A stretch of 61,806 nucleotides of DNA, counting the filler, from Rhabdomonas costata (Eukaryota), in NCBI GenBank assembly GCA_019059605.1. It is 25 parts of 25 records of this genome, joined end to end, with 100 filler letters (N's around TTAATTAATTAA, not from the genome) between each part and the next. Parts side by side here need not be neighbours in the genome. Positions count along the whole stretch, not along the records: positions 37,164 to 39,539 come from JAHMHO010003725.1; positions 39,640 to 42,014 come from JAHMHO010003726.1; positions 42,115 to 44,489 come from JAHMHO010003727.1; positions 44,590 to 46,965 come from JAHMHO010003728.1; positions 47,066 to 49,439 come from JAHMHO010003729.1; 20 more parts are not named here. One strand, 5' to 3'. Shown piece after piece: positions 37,064-49,439 of this stretch. Position numbers and translations under genes: made by a program. How positions within the stretch are numbered: the first letter of the stretch is position 1; each line of letters opens with the position of its first letter. The notes under the pieces were generated by a model. The model was not told the origin of the DNA and did no database searches. It saw nothing but the letters and a program-made list of their open reading frames with translations.

Positions 37064-38997
37064 NNNNNNNNNNNNNNNNNNNNNNNNNNNNNNNNNNNNN
37101 NNNNNNNTTAATTAATTAANNNNNNNNNNNNNNNNNNNNNNNNNNNNNNNNNNNNNNNNNNNNTGTTGTTTGTGAGAACGCCTTCGGTGTCAAGTGATAA
37201 CGCGCGTTGAACTGTGAACCAGGTCCAGGGTAAAATTCCATATTTCATATCCACGAGGTACCAGTTCTTATCCCCGTTAGCCTCTTATGCATAAAGTTGT
37301 GGTGGGTCCCGCCCATTGCCCGAAAGCCGCGGTCTACCTCCAAGGCTGCAGTTTTTAACAAGGAATTCCCTGTCTGCCACTAGATGGGGCATAAGAAACG
37401 TTACCTCAGTTTGTTGGTAACACTTAGTTCAATGGAGCGGTGACGTCCGAGGTCCTGCGTTTGGGGTAGATGCTGATTGTGGTGCTTGGGTACAAAAGAA
37501 GTGTAATAAGTAGCGTTAAGTATTCGATAAGAGAAGTGGTAATGGTGAAGTAAAATGGAATAAGGAATAATGTACGGCAAAAACAACGAGATGGGAAGGC
37601 ATCCAGGAAAGGAAGACGAAAGTTTCAAATTGAAAGCATCCGTCATGAGGGAATGTAGAATATAGGGAGTGCGATAGGCGCAAAACTGTACCGTCCGAGT
37701 GGCTATTTCTAATTTAGTCATTCGATAGTGTGATTGATGTTATGAGAGGAGCTGGTGAAGAGGGGTGGTAGGTTGTATTGGGGTAACGTTCAGGTATGGA
37801 GTGGGTAGTGGTAAAATCGGTGGCTCCTGCTTTATAGGTTGATTAGGTATTCGTGCAAGCGGCACGGTTTGGACATGTGCAATTGTTGTGGCAAATGCGC
37901 CATCATTTTTCTGATGGGTAGATTTGGCGGAATGAAGCACCCAGCGGAGCATCTCATTAGGAGAAATTTTGTGGATAGTAGTGTAATCCAGTTCCCTCCA
38001 ATGGTGGTGAAAGAAATTCCAAAAGAGGACAAACTTGGTGGAAGTGTTCACGTGATTCATGAATGATGAGTTTGCCTTCAAGAGATGGTGGAGGCGAGTG
38101 TTCTGAGAGTTTTTTTTGGATTTAGAGGTTTCATGCCTGCTCTACCCAAAAAAAAACACCGCAAGTCCCCAGGGACGACCATCCAAAATGGAAAAAATGG
38201 AGAAAAGTTTGTCGAGTAGGGCGCGGCGACGCAGAACCAAAGGCACGGAAGATGATCTTAATGATTTATGCGCAGCAAACGCAGGCCGAAGATGTGTGTT
38301 GTGAAGTTCCAAGCCTCGATTCCCTTGCGGTTCCAGTGCGGATGTCCAATTGTGCGCACAATGCCCTTCTGATCCCACGAGTGGTTTTGGTTTAGTATGC
38401 ACCATCTCCTTTTGAGGCTGTGAAAGAAGAGTTATCGTGCAATCGTTCGCTCGTTCGTTCGGGACTCACAAAATGCTCCGTGGCAGACCCACAGGGGGGG
38501 GGGTGCGCTATGGCAAAAGGTGGGCCAACCACACACACGCACAAACGAGCGGAGACGAAAGGCAACAAGGCAACCCGAGGAGGCTGCAAAGAGTGACAGA
38601 TAAGAGCAGAGTGGAGGGGTTGGAGGTTTATTGGAGTAAGAGAGTGACGTGGTACCAACAGTTCTGCTGCCCATGCTCAAAACGCTTGCCCTGCTCAACA
38701 CAGACGGAAGAGGGGCGCTGGTGAGGCCGGCGGTGCACCTGCCTTCCCCACCCCCGCCCAACATCGATCTACAGAGGGGAGAGAGAAAGGGAAGCACTGA
38801 AGTGCGGCCCGCAAATAGACCAGGGGGTGCGGGGTGTGCGTCGGTGTGCCACGTTCATTGGCTCATTACACGGGAAAGCCGGAAGTGGAAAGCGATAGAC
38901 AGACCGCAGAAGGACAGAAGGAGCAGATGGCAGAGAGAGGGAGAGCGACTCAAGGTGTGCCACGTTAGTTGGCTCACACAAAGAAGAGCACTACAAG

Positions 38998-39514
38998 CAG
39001 GGCAGGACTTTTCCTACAAAAACACATCACCTTTTTCTGCGATTTTCTTATTCGCACACTTTTAAGCAAAGACAAGGACAACAGCAGCGCAACCACCAGA
39101 GTTCTCTTGCCCCGAGTAAATGGCAATGCAAATAAATTACACTCATTTCTTTTTCGATTTTTACCGACCATCGATACCAGGACGACCCCAACAGCGGAAA
39201 GCTTGACCACCGCTTTGACCGCTGCCAAATGGAAAGACCAAAGGTGACCTGTGTTTGTACAGTTCTTGCCCGTGGACAGGGGACAGAAACCGACTGTTCA
39301 CGACACGATTTGCTGTTAACATGTGCAGTTCCCTTGCGACTGAGGACGTCTCCTTTTGCTCCCTGGTTTTCGCTTGCGCGCGCGTTTGAGTGGAAGCACC
39401 ACTCTAAAAAATACTTTCACGAGATTATCAGATTTTAACGACTTGACAATTTTTTGCAGCTTTCTGAAGTATACCTTTACCATATTTTTCAGTTGTAAAA
39501 AAAGACCGGCCCTG
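38998..39514. mobile_element. Candidate non-autonomous TIR element (CAGGG...CCCTG termini)
   Basis: Left end CAGGGCAGGACTTTTCCTACAA; reverse complement of the right end CAGGGCCGGTCTTTTTTTACAA. Flanked by near-duplicate 7-mers CTACAAG (38991-38997) and CGACAAG (39515-39521). Confidence 0.45.
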
Positions 39515-40255
39515 CGACAAGACAAGGCCACACCCCCACNNNNNNNNNNNNNNNNNNNNNNNNNNNNNNNNNNNNNNNNNNNNTTAATTAATTAANNNNN
39601 NNNNNNNNNNNNNNNNNNNNNNNNNNNNNNNNNNNNNNNCGCATTGATCAGGGGTGGGCAAAACAGCCCACTAAGGCCAGTCTTTAGCATAAGATATCTG
39701 ATGTTGACCCGCCAGCAGAAAAGAAATTCCCATGCCATCCCCAAGCTAACTTTCAAAGACTAAAAAAGGCCGGAAAAAAGCAAAAAAAAAAAAGCGTAAG
39801 AAAAAAAAGCGAAGAAAAAAAAGGGAAAATATGCACGAGGGAACACAGGCCGAGCTTCCCACTGGCAAACCAAAAAAAGCAAATCCAGGAGTCAAAGGGT
39901 TAAGGGAAGTCCATGACCGCCCATGTCGTCACCACAGAAGAGGAACCTGAAAACTCCTTGTCTAAACAGGAGTCATAACACAGAATCACATTTCTCTCCG
40001 GGGGCCCAATGAGAACACGCATGAGGCTGCAGGCATTGCATCACCTGATTGGCGGCCGGAAACATCGCTTCGGAGGCCCCGCAGGTGGAGCGACGAAGAC
40101 TCTGAGGAGCCTGCTGGAAGCACCGCTCGGGCAGAAGCTGCGTACAAGACGTTCGACTAGGCTGAACACCATCTACTCGTCAGAAGGAACCATTTCAATT
40201 CAGACATAGAAAAACGCAGAGAGCACGTCTAATCCTCGGATTATAAACTCTCCAA

Positions 40256-41607
40256 TCACGAAAGTCCAAACCAACATAGCATAAGTCGCACAAGGCAAGC
40301 ATAAGGTGGCAACCACACCACAATACCGGCAGCGACAACCCTGCCGCAATAGCTGGAGGGGCAGCCCTTGGCCTGGCACCACGTCTCGTTCACCACAGCA
40401 GAGGTTGCGACGCACTGCCCTGGGCTCCGGCCCGAGCACTTGGCGGTGGCGGCCTGCCAGCCGCCGTTCAGCGCGGCCTCGCACCACGCCTTGGCCCCGG
40501 CGTTGAGTGAGGTGTATTGTGGGAACACCGCCGGGTCAAAGGCCGGGATCACCCCTGCACAGCAGCCACAAACACAGCTTGCAGGACTTTGCCTTCAGTC
40601 GTGAGTGTAAGTACACATTGTTGCCGAGACATGAGTGTGTTTGAAGACTGACTGACTGATCGATCGGAAGTTGAAGACAAAAAACACGGCACTGCGGCAC
40701 GAGCTTTAGAGCAAACAAGCTTGGACCCAATATAGAACACACAACAGAATCAAAGATGTGTGCACTGCCTTCCCAGACAAAGGGAGAGGGAGAGAGGGAG
40801 GGACAAAGGGAGAGGAAGAAGATGAGATAAGTGAAGGAAAGGATGCAGAAAGGGAAAAGTTGGGTTCGGAAATTCGCCTTGAAGTGTCGTCTCCGGTTAC
40901 TTTGCTGGTACAGCAGGAGCTACCAGCTGCCACTGAAGCCACTTCCCGTTCGTGTCCTCTTGGTGTTATGAGACAAAAAATGCCTCCCCTTCCTGCCCAT
41001 CCTCACCAGCAAGTAGGGATAAAGAGAAGTCGCCAAGAATATTGGAAGGAAGAACCCACACCGCTGTAGGTCGCCATGGCGCACTGACAGGGACCACCCT
41101 GCCACGTGGTGCTCCAGTCCGCGTCCCAAGAGAGGTACTGGTTGGGCACCTTGAGCTCGGACATGCCCTTGCAGCTCAGGTTGTCTCCCGTGGGGACGCC
41201 GAAGTACCCGCAAAACCTGAACATCACACACAGCTGCACGACCGCATGGACATGGCGGCAAAACAAGGGCAAAGCACCAAAATCTCAACAGGTCGAGATT
41301 CTCTTCTCAACAGGCAGAGTAGTTTGTTTTCAGTTGGGCGTACAACTTCGAACACAAAAGACGGTGGGTAGGCTGCCACAGCATCAGCACGGCAGCTCAC
41401 AGGCGCGGGAGTGGAGGAAGGCAATGACGAATGTGTTTCTGGCGGTTTCCGGATGACCCTGCTACTCACAGAACCCACAGACACATAGAACTGCACACCA
41501 GCGGAAGGCCTTGATGCGGCGGTTCTCCCCACCACCTCCGGGTACAGCGGCATCCTCGCCGTTGCACTCGTTGTTGATGATCAGGCTGGTAGGGCCAAAG
41601 ATGGGCC
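40256..41607 (-). CDS. Glycoside hydrolase family 19 (chitinase-like) C-terminal region plus a small Cys-rich module
   Basis: Exon 41607-41499 encodes GPIFGPTSLIINNECNGEDAAVPGGGGENRRIKAFRW. Exon 41216-41062 encodes FCGYFGVPTGDNLSCKGM...WDADWSTTWQGGPCQCAMATYS. Exon 40554-~40340 encodes GVIPAFDP...QCVATSAVVNETWCQAKGCPSSYC. FGxTxxIIN.EC...RI..F..FC..FGV..G.NLSC is the GH19 C-terminal signature. The exact 3' end is uncertain. Confidence 0.82.
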
Positions 41608-43333
41608 CTAAGCAGGAGGAGTGATTCACCCCTCAGATTCTACCTTACGCCTGGATTCATCTTTGCGTTCGAAGGATCCAGGGGACACTGACACAAACCA
41701 TATCCTGAGGTCTGTTCAGCCAAGCGGGCAGGAATGGGAAAAAAACGCGGGGGAAGGGGAAGGGGGAGAAAAAGGTTAGGAATAGAAGGAGGTCTCAGAG
41801 TGAAACCCAAAGGCTCAGAGATTCAAGCAATTTGACCGTTGATCGGGGGTAACCAGAGTTACTAACCCACTACAAAGGCTGACAAGAATTTACACGCGTT
41901 GATTGGGAAAGCAGAACCACGTAGATTTGAGCCGACGAAGCGTGCATTGCTGTCACGCTGGCGGAAGCTCACACCTTGTGATCGAATACTTGGGCAAAGC
42001 AATCCAAACCCCCCNNNNNNNNNNNNNNNNNNNNNNNNNNNNNNNNNNNNNNNNNNNNTTAATTAATTAANNNNNNNNNNNNNNNNNNNNNNNNNNNNNN
42101 NNNNNNNNNNNNNNGTTGTTCTAAAATGCATAGGTTGCAGCCACCTGACTACTGCGCTCCGCGGTACACGGGCACCAGCAATGACTGGAAGATAAAACCA
42201 AATGAATGCCCCTCCACAGGATGGACAAGGTCCCGCCCGCGCGTATTCCTTCCGCAAAGCCGCACAGGAAAGGGCAGAGCTGCACTCTGCAATTTGAGAG
42301 CGAAAATGATGAGGAGCAGACGTTGAGGTTGTTTCATGCGCATGGTCTCCCCTCCCGCCGTCCACTTACCGAAAGGCACGAAAACAAGAGCACGTACCAG
42401 CGGGAGAGTCCGGCAAGACCTTTGGGACGCCCACACTGTTGCCGTGACGGGAGACGAGGTGGTCCAGGTCCTGCTCCGACTTTTTTGACCTGCAACCAGC
42501 AAAACAGTGGGTTTACGTAATGTTGTCAGCATCACTGTACTCCCTCTCTTCCTGGACATGGGCACACACTGATTAATGTGAATGGATTTGCATCCTTTCG
42601 CGGAGTTGAGGGATGTTCTTATCTAATGATCTAGCGTAATATAGCAGGCTACACCGTAAACCGAGAGTTTTTAATCACGGCACACGGCTAAAAAGACTTC
42701 TGTTCGAAATGTCACATTCCAAATTCTCATTTTCGGGGTGTTACTAGCCTTATAACGCAGGTGACGGCGTGCGTGGCCCCGCTACAATTTAACAATTTAA
42801 CAACACACACACGCCGTGTTTCGGTTCCACGGAAAAAAAACGCGACGTCCCTCAGCTACCCTTTCACGATCGAGTTTTGAACCTCACACTTCAATACCAC
42901 GTGCCAATGGGGCTTTCTGTGTTTTGCAAACATACATATGTGTGAATGTGCTGAGACCTTCCCAGGAAGTCTTCGCTGGTAGGAAACGAGGAGACCGATG
43001 CCCCTGTGAGAGAACAACAGGGGCTCAGGCACGGTGAGCGCATGGCGAGGGCGTGCGCAATCTGGAGTCAGAGCCTGTTGCACAATCCTTCACTACCACC
43101 AAAACACACTAAGCGTGCTAGCTGTACAGTGCAAAAAAAAATGTAACAAAGCAAAGCAAAGCGACAAAAATTAATAGACGGGGCTTCCTCCAACAGCGAG
43201 CAGAAAGACAAGAGACTTTGTATGTGAGGGTGAAACGGGGTGATCTTTGAGCAGAGCAGAGCAGCTGACAGAACTCGTCCGTTTCTACAAGGATGGGTTT
43301 CGACTTTCGAGGCGAGGTGTGGTTGGGTCATCA

Positions 43334-44489
43334 TCAGCAAGGCCATCTCCGCCAGCCTGGGACGCTCTTCATTGAGTTCTTGATACTGTGGGGACTTGAC
43401 ATCGACTTTTCGGGTTCTACGGGTGAGATGTGTGCGAGGCGCAGGGTGACGAGGTGATGGGTGAATAGGGGGGGAATTGTGAAGGAGGGGATGAGGGAGA
43501 GCAAAGCAGAGATGCCTGAGCAGGATCGACGGATGTGGAGGACGTCTGAGCCGCTTGGGCTCTTCCCAAACAGCTCTGTTGCAATACACACATGAGCAAC
43601 ACAGAACAACGATTCAATGAGAGAGACGGGCGAGACACGGGAGGGAGAGTGACGAGCGCGCACATCCACTTCTCAATCAAACAATGCAAGCACTTTTCGC
43701 TTCCGTGTCATTTGAGTTTTGGGGGGGTCTCCATCCCGTGCGTTGTGTCATAGGTATTCCTTTGATGCATTTTCACATGGCCCCCTGCACGCATCATTGC
43801 GTGCATTCTTTCACTTCTTGGGTTGAGTTGCTTACCTCAGGCAGTATACAGTATAGCCTCCACCAGAATCTCGTGCACGCGGTGTGTTCAGATGTGGGTG
43901 GACTTGGTCCCAACAGCTGTGGTGCTACGAACGCTGCTGCAAGGAGTTCTGCGAATCGTTTCGGTTATGATCACGACTACTGTGGCTTGTATCCATGCCT
44001 CCAAGTCTGATGAATGGCAATACAATCACAAACTGTATTCCTCCGCCTCACATCCCTCCTGTTTACATCATAGATATATCCTTCCCAGGGGTAGCGAGAA
44101 GGCATTCACAAAATGGCCGCTGTTATGGCAGCCGTTTGTTTTATAATTAGTGGAAGAATCGCCGATGGCTTGCAATCCCTTGAAGTCCCGCCGAGGCGAA
44201 GTAAAAATAACAAATGTGCCCGGTGCTCCCTTTGTCCCGCCAAGTTTGTCCCTTGGTTTAAGCGATATGTCGTAACAAGTCCGACACTCGACCAGTGGAT
44301 CAGAAGTTGAGTTAATGTCTCCTCGCGTCAACCGCCACCGGAGAGCGCACACGTACACACCCATGGGGTGCTGACCCCCTCCGCCTCCCCCGGTGGTAGC
44401 CGTAGTGGCGGTGTGGGTGTTGAAGTACGGCGAGAATTGCCGCAGGAACGCCGCGGAGTCCGCGCACCAGCACACCACCCCCAACACCC
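43334..44489 (-). CDS. Hypothetical protein C-terminus (3 exons)
   Basis: Phase-1-compatible exons edge-44361, 43575-43516 (GC donor) and 43416-43334 give ...ADSAAFLRQFSPYFNTHTATTATTGGGGGGQHPMELFGKSPSGSDVLHIRRSCSEPEKSMSSPHSIKNSMKSVPGWRRWPC*. Confidence 0.5.
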
Positions 44490-44589
44490 NNNNNNNNNNN
44501 NNNNNNNNNNNNNNNNNNNNNNNNNNNNNNNNNTTAATTAATTAANNNNNNNNNNNNNNNNNNNNNNNNNNNNNNNNNNNNNNNNNNNN

Positions 44590-45085
44590 GGTTTTGAGGG
44601 TTTTTTGACGCCAAAAAGCCCCCTTTTCAAAAATCCGTCCCCAGAGCCTCAAAAAACCCTCAAATCCGCATAAAAACGCGTTTTTCGGCACCCCCGACCT
44701 CAGATACATCATGTTGGGTCGATTTTCGGAGGGTCGATTTTTTCCCTCCGGACACCCCATTTTCGCCACCAAGGCAGGCCTCGAAAATGTCCTAAATTCG
44801 GCCAAAAATCGGCGTTTTCAGCGTCAGGATGGTCGAATCGAAGCACCAAACCGTGTTTTTCGTGTTCTACGACCCCAAATATGGGGGGATACGTCACCTT
44901 TTCCGGGCTGGACTCGAAGACTACTTCGTCCTGAAGTCCAAAAACGCGATTTTTGGCGTTTTTGGAGAAAAAATTCGGCGATGTCCGCGCCCAAAAATTG
45001 AAATTTTTCATGAGGGGGTATTAGGTTCGGGAAATCAAAATCGTCGAATTTTTGCCCCGGAATTTTGAATTTTTCCATCGAATAG
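44590..45085. repeat. Probable interspersed repeat rich in A/T tracts and CG (AAAATCG/CGATTTT motifs)
   Basis: Dense recurring A4-6/T4-6 tracts alternate with TCG/CGA, and there are short internal inverted repeats. The composition is non-coding, and the segment lies in the intron after the cyclase exon. Confidence 0.45.
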
Positions 45086-45358
45086 CCCACCCCCACAAAC
45101 CTGGGGCTTGAAGGTCCGTAAACGCCGACTACTTCGCGCAAAAAAAAAAAGAGCGCAAAAAAGTCTACACACAGACATACACATTTTCCCGTTTTTCTCG
45201 CATCTAAACCCTACACTACACTACGTTTCGTTACGGGAACAATCCGTAACCTGTGTGTGTATGTGTGCAATCTACTGGAGACTTTACGCGTGGGTGACAA
45301 GGGTAATATTAAGGGTGTTAAGGGCAAAATACGGGGGGACGTGATTTTGCTAGCATAC

Positions 45359-46965
45359 CCCCCGGTGCATGCCAGGCGGACGCTCAGACCAAGCTTCTGC
45401 GTGGCCTGCAGCAGCTCCTGCGCCGCAGTGACGCACCTCATGGCGTGGTCCGAGCGGGTGTTACGAACGTTCCAGAAGGCCAGCACCTTGTCCCCGGCGA
45501 AGGGCATGGAGAGCCCCCCGTTGGTATGAATAACCTGTGGAGCAGCGCCAAAACAGGCAGGCTGATGCTGACGATGGGCAGGGCTTGCACATTAACCGTA
45601 AACAAAACAACATACCATAAAAAAAGGCAAGCAAAAAAAAGTCAAACTGAGCCTCTTATCTTATCCTGCAAACCAAAGGCAAAATTGAAGCCAGAGGCAC
45701 AGGTCCAGCCCCCAGACAACTCACCAAAATGGTTTTTGTTTGAGCTTGGAGCTCACAAATCCACCCACCAAAACAGGTCAATCAAAGCTGCCTTCGCCAC
45801 CACTACCTAAGGATCGCTCTTTGGATATAGAAAAAGATGAGATAAGACATACGACATAAGCAGAGCCTCTTACGTGAAGGTATTAATGATGGATCAATCT
45901 TCCTGGGTATCCGATTTCCGTCAAATTTTTTGTGCTTCGGTTTGTTCGTGCTGTCGCGTTGCTGTCTTTGGAACCGTGTGGACCTATGTTGCAGCAGCAG
46001 CAGTGACGTGATGTTTTGCTTTGAAAAAAAATTGATGTTCAATGGATCCATTGTTTGATAATCCATTTTTCCCTTCTTCCAATGACGGAAGGGACTGGAC
46101 TGGAGAAGCCTCTCCTTGATTCATATTTGGCTGGCCCATTATTTTTCTTCACCAAAAAATCCGTTGTTATCTATCATTAATCCAATCCATTATTAATACC
46201 TTTACGGTATCTAACGGTACCTGGATGGTTGTCTGAATTACCGCAGAGTGAGTGGAGATCAGAGTGGCCTCGTCCTGAAAAAGGTTGTGGAAGCCCGAGA
46301 TGTCCATCTGCAGCGCAGACACTATGCGGTGGGTCAGAATCCCGACCTGTCGAAGGACGGTTGAGCCCCTGCGCCCAGAAAGAAGGTATGCCACCTTCGG
46401 CGAAGGGCACTCATCGCCCACGCCATGGCTGCGGTGAGTGCGACGTGCCGTGAAGTCCAGGCCGGAACCCACCGAGTCACGGCTAGAGCCCAGTGCGGGC
46501 GCCACACGGGTGCGGTTGCTGCACGGGCTGCCCCTCGGGCTGCTCGGTGGGTCAGGCTCAGGCCTCTCCTCAGTGGAGCCCAGCACTGCCTCGGGGAGGT
46601 AGGCTCGGAATTCCTTTGGATTGGGCACGTGTGGGCAACCACAACGAAAACGGCAAAGGGGGAGGAAGTGTTTGTTTGGCTGATCATAGCGCCGAAAGCC
46701 CAGCTAATAGCATGGGAGGGTCTATTGGCCACTGCCTGTGATAGAGGGTATCACCATTACGGCTGGCTCCAAAACTCCATCTGGGTCCTGCAAGGGTTCA
46801 TTTGAAATGCCAAATTGTCATGACCACAAATACAGCCGAAAACAGTTTGGACACTTCCACTACTACCATTGCCTGAGAGGGAAAAGCAGATGAATACCAT
46901 AAGCTTGTCCACCATCGTCCCAAAGAAGGCCTGAATGTCCGCGATCGCCGGGAAGGGGCGGCGCC
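45359..46965 (-). CDS. Class III adenylate/guanylate cyclase-like protein (HAMP-linker-cyclase type), partial
   Basis: Exon edge-46898 encodes IADIQAFFGTMVDKLM. Exon 46613-46221 encodes EFRAYLPEAVL...VSALQMDISGF. Exon 45534-45359 encodes NGGLSMPFAGDKVLAFWN...DHAMRCVTAA...VRLACTGG. The two metal-binding Asp motifs, DISGF and GD, are present. Confidence 0.85.
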
Positions 46966-47297
46966 NNNNNNNNNNNNNNNNNNNNNNNNNNNNNNNNNNN
47001 NNNNNNNNNTTAATTAATTAANNNNNNNNNNNNNNNNNNNNNNNNNNNNNNNNNNNNNNNNNNNNTTTGTTTGGGTGCATTCGCCCTTTTTCCTTTGTTT
47101 TGTTGCCTTCATGAGGACTTTGTGTCCAAGAATTCTCGCAGGCGTATACTGAAGCCTGTCCCGGCCCCACCCTTTCCTGTCTGAAGGAGACAAGTTGCTC
47201 GCAGGCGCCTGTGTGTATGTTGCCACATGTTCCGCTGCTGCTGCCCCATTGTCGGAGAAATGCGCCTGTGTGCTCCATCCAATTGCTCACTGGTGAG

Positions 47298-49439
47298 GGA
47301 AGTACGTCATTTACGGGGGGTGTCAGCTCGACGTCATCGACGCAAGCGTGCCGCAGTCCCACAAGACGGTGGGCTCCAACTGGGAGATGACGCTGCGGGG
47401 TGGCGCTGCAGGTGCGTAAGGGGCCTGTAACAAGAAAAAGTAGCATTCTCCAACATTAACTGTGTTGTATGAGCTTAATGAGGTACATTTCAATTGTTGT
47501 TTCGTCTTTCTGTGCCGCGGCCTGCCATTGTCTTCATCTTCTCTCACTCTCACTCTCAGGCTCGGGGGGAATCCGCTACGTGCGCGTTGGGGGCACGTAC
47601 CCGTACCCGCTGTACTGCCCCATCCGTGACAGGTACCCTCTCCTCTCTCCTCCTCGTATGACCACCTCCAATGACCACCATACTGATTTGAGGATTCGAA
47701 ATTTATGACTCACGAGTTTTCGCGTTGCCCCCTCCCCCCTACTCTTCTTTATTTGTAATTAATCAGAGGATCGTAAAAGAGGTGGCTGGATTTTAACCGG
47801 CTTGTTCCCCCTTGCCCGAATACCAGAGGACAGCAGTGGCGCACGGGTGTCAAGTTTCATTCCTGTCCATGTCCACGGTGTGAGTGGGGCATTTATACGT
47901 GCGCAGGGACCTGCAGCCCCCGGAGGCCAACCAGTTCATGCGAATGGTCACTGAGGCCTCCGCGCTGCACTCCACGCAGTCCATGAAGCCCGCGTCCACC
48001 CTCACGGAGTCCGAGTACTACCGCACCAGAGAGAAACGTACCGCTCTTCCTCCACCTCTCCTGGGTTTATTGTCTCCTACGACAGGGGATCACCCACCTA
48101 CGCAGCACTACTTCCACATCCCATGTGGGTTCATGTCCACCACTGGAGGTCACAACACCGTGGCCAACCTGTGGCTTGATGCCATATTCGATATATTGAG
48201 TAGGGAACGCGGCCGGTCGTCGCTTGTTCTCCGGCCCGTGGCATAAAACTTGAGAGCGGCGGAAACCGCCGATTTCGCCGTCGATACATAATTTGCATAT
48301 CGTTAGAGCAGCAGATTGTCCCCACGCCCTTTTTTGTCACTACCCACGGAACCCTCGCGACCTGCAGAGTTTCACAAGTTCATCGCGGCGAAGTTCCCTC
48401 ACCGGGTTGGGGGCACCTGCGAGGCCTTCCGATTGGAGGGCCAGCCCCCTCCCGTGACCGATCTCCCTGAAGAGCCCCTCTCGGATGACGAGGCGATGGT
48501 AGGGGTGCACTTCAGGGCATGTCCACCACCCATCATCCGCCCCGCCCCCCTCTCGTCGTCGTTTCGGTGAGGTGGGGAAGAAGCAATTGGCGAGAAGAGC
48601 TCTGACATAAGTAACAGCAGCGACCCTCGTACCTCTGGACGTCAGTGCGGTGACATGACCTTTGATAAAGAGCGCCTGCTTGGGGCTGGAGCTTGGAGCC
48701 CCAGGTTTAAGGTGAAAGGACCGCCATACAGCGCTTCAGCAGGCCTTTTTAAAAGGCCACAGGCAGCTTCGGTTTTCCAGACGGACCTGTGTGTGGGTAT
48801 GTATGTGGGTGCGATTAGCACAGAGACGGCGTTGGCGGTGTCTGGAGGGGTTCTGTGCTTTTCGGGTTTCCGTGCGTTGGTGGGTTCTGGGGGGTTGGCA
48901 TATGGATAAGCATACCTGTCAGGGTTTTTTTCCTGCGCCCTGCATTCCCTGGGTATCCTTTCGCTTTTTATCCCCTGGATAAGCAGGCGAATAACAGAGG
49001 TCAGCCCCTCAGTGGAAAAGGTCATGGGCATGCTAGTCACTAGAGATTGCGGAGAGAGACAGGTGAGACGCAGACACACACACATCACACACGCATGCAC
49101 CCTCTCCCCGCAGAAGCCCCTCGAAGTTCGACGAAGCGTGAGCGCATTCGGGGTGTGCCTCTTTTCTGCCTTTCCTTCCTTTCCTTTCCTTTTCTGCGAT
49201 GCGTGTGATCGCTGTGTTTGGGGTCGGGTTGGTTTCAAACCGTCTGTGGTGCTGGTGTGCTCTGGACGCCGCTGGTTTTCGGGGGATTGACGATCAACTA
49301 ACGGGAGGGGGGGGATTCTGCAGGCGTTCAAGGGGACCGCTGGCCCAACAAAGGCCCAGGCCCAGGGGGCCGAAGCCGAACCCGCGGCTGCCCCCGCAGA
49401 GGCGGCGACCAGCAGTTGCACATCAGTCTACACAAACAC
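47298..49439 (+). CDS. Hypothetical protein, 5 phase-compatible exons
   Basis: Exons 47298-47411, 47560-47632, 47907-48037, 48368-48498 and 49324-edge give KYVIYGGCQLDVIDASVPQSHKTVGSNWEMTLRGGAAGSGGIRYVRVGGTYPYPLYCPIRDRDLQPPEANQFMRMVTEASALHST...YYRTREKQFHKFIAAKFPHRVGG. Strong GC3 bias. Confidence 0.75.

Noticed and set aside
37401-38081. Possible decayed LINE C-terminal region
   Set aside because: The composition is suggestive, but no diagnostic RT or zinc-finger motif can be read.
46614-46720. 'AFGAMISQ' segment that might join EFRAYLP through a nonconventional intron
   Set aside because: A better upstream exon (…FFGTMVDKLM|GT at 46898) joins through a canonical GT-AG intron.
48642-49421. 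259-aa minus-strand ORF and many other 60-230 aa ORFs in the supplied track
   Set aside because: They are antisense or off-frame shadows of exons, introns or low-complexity DNA, with no domain signal.
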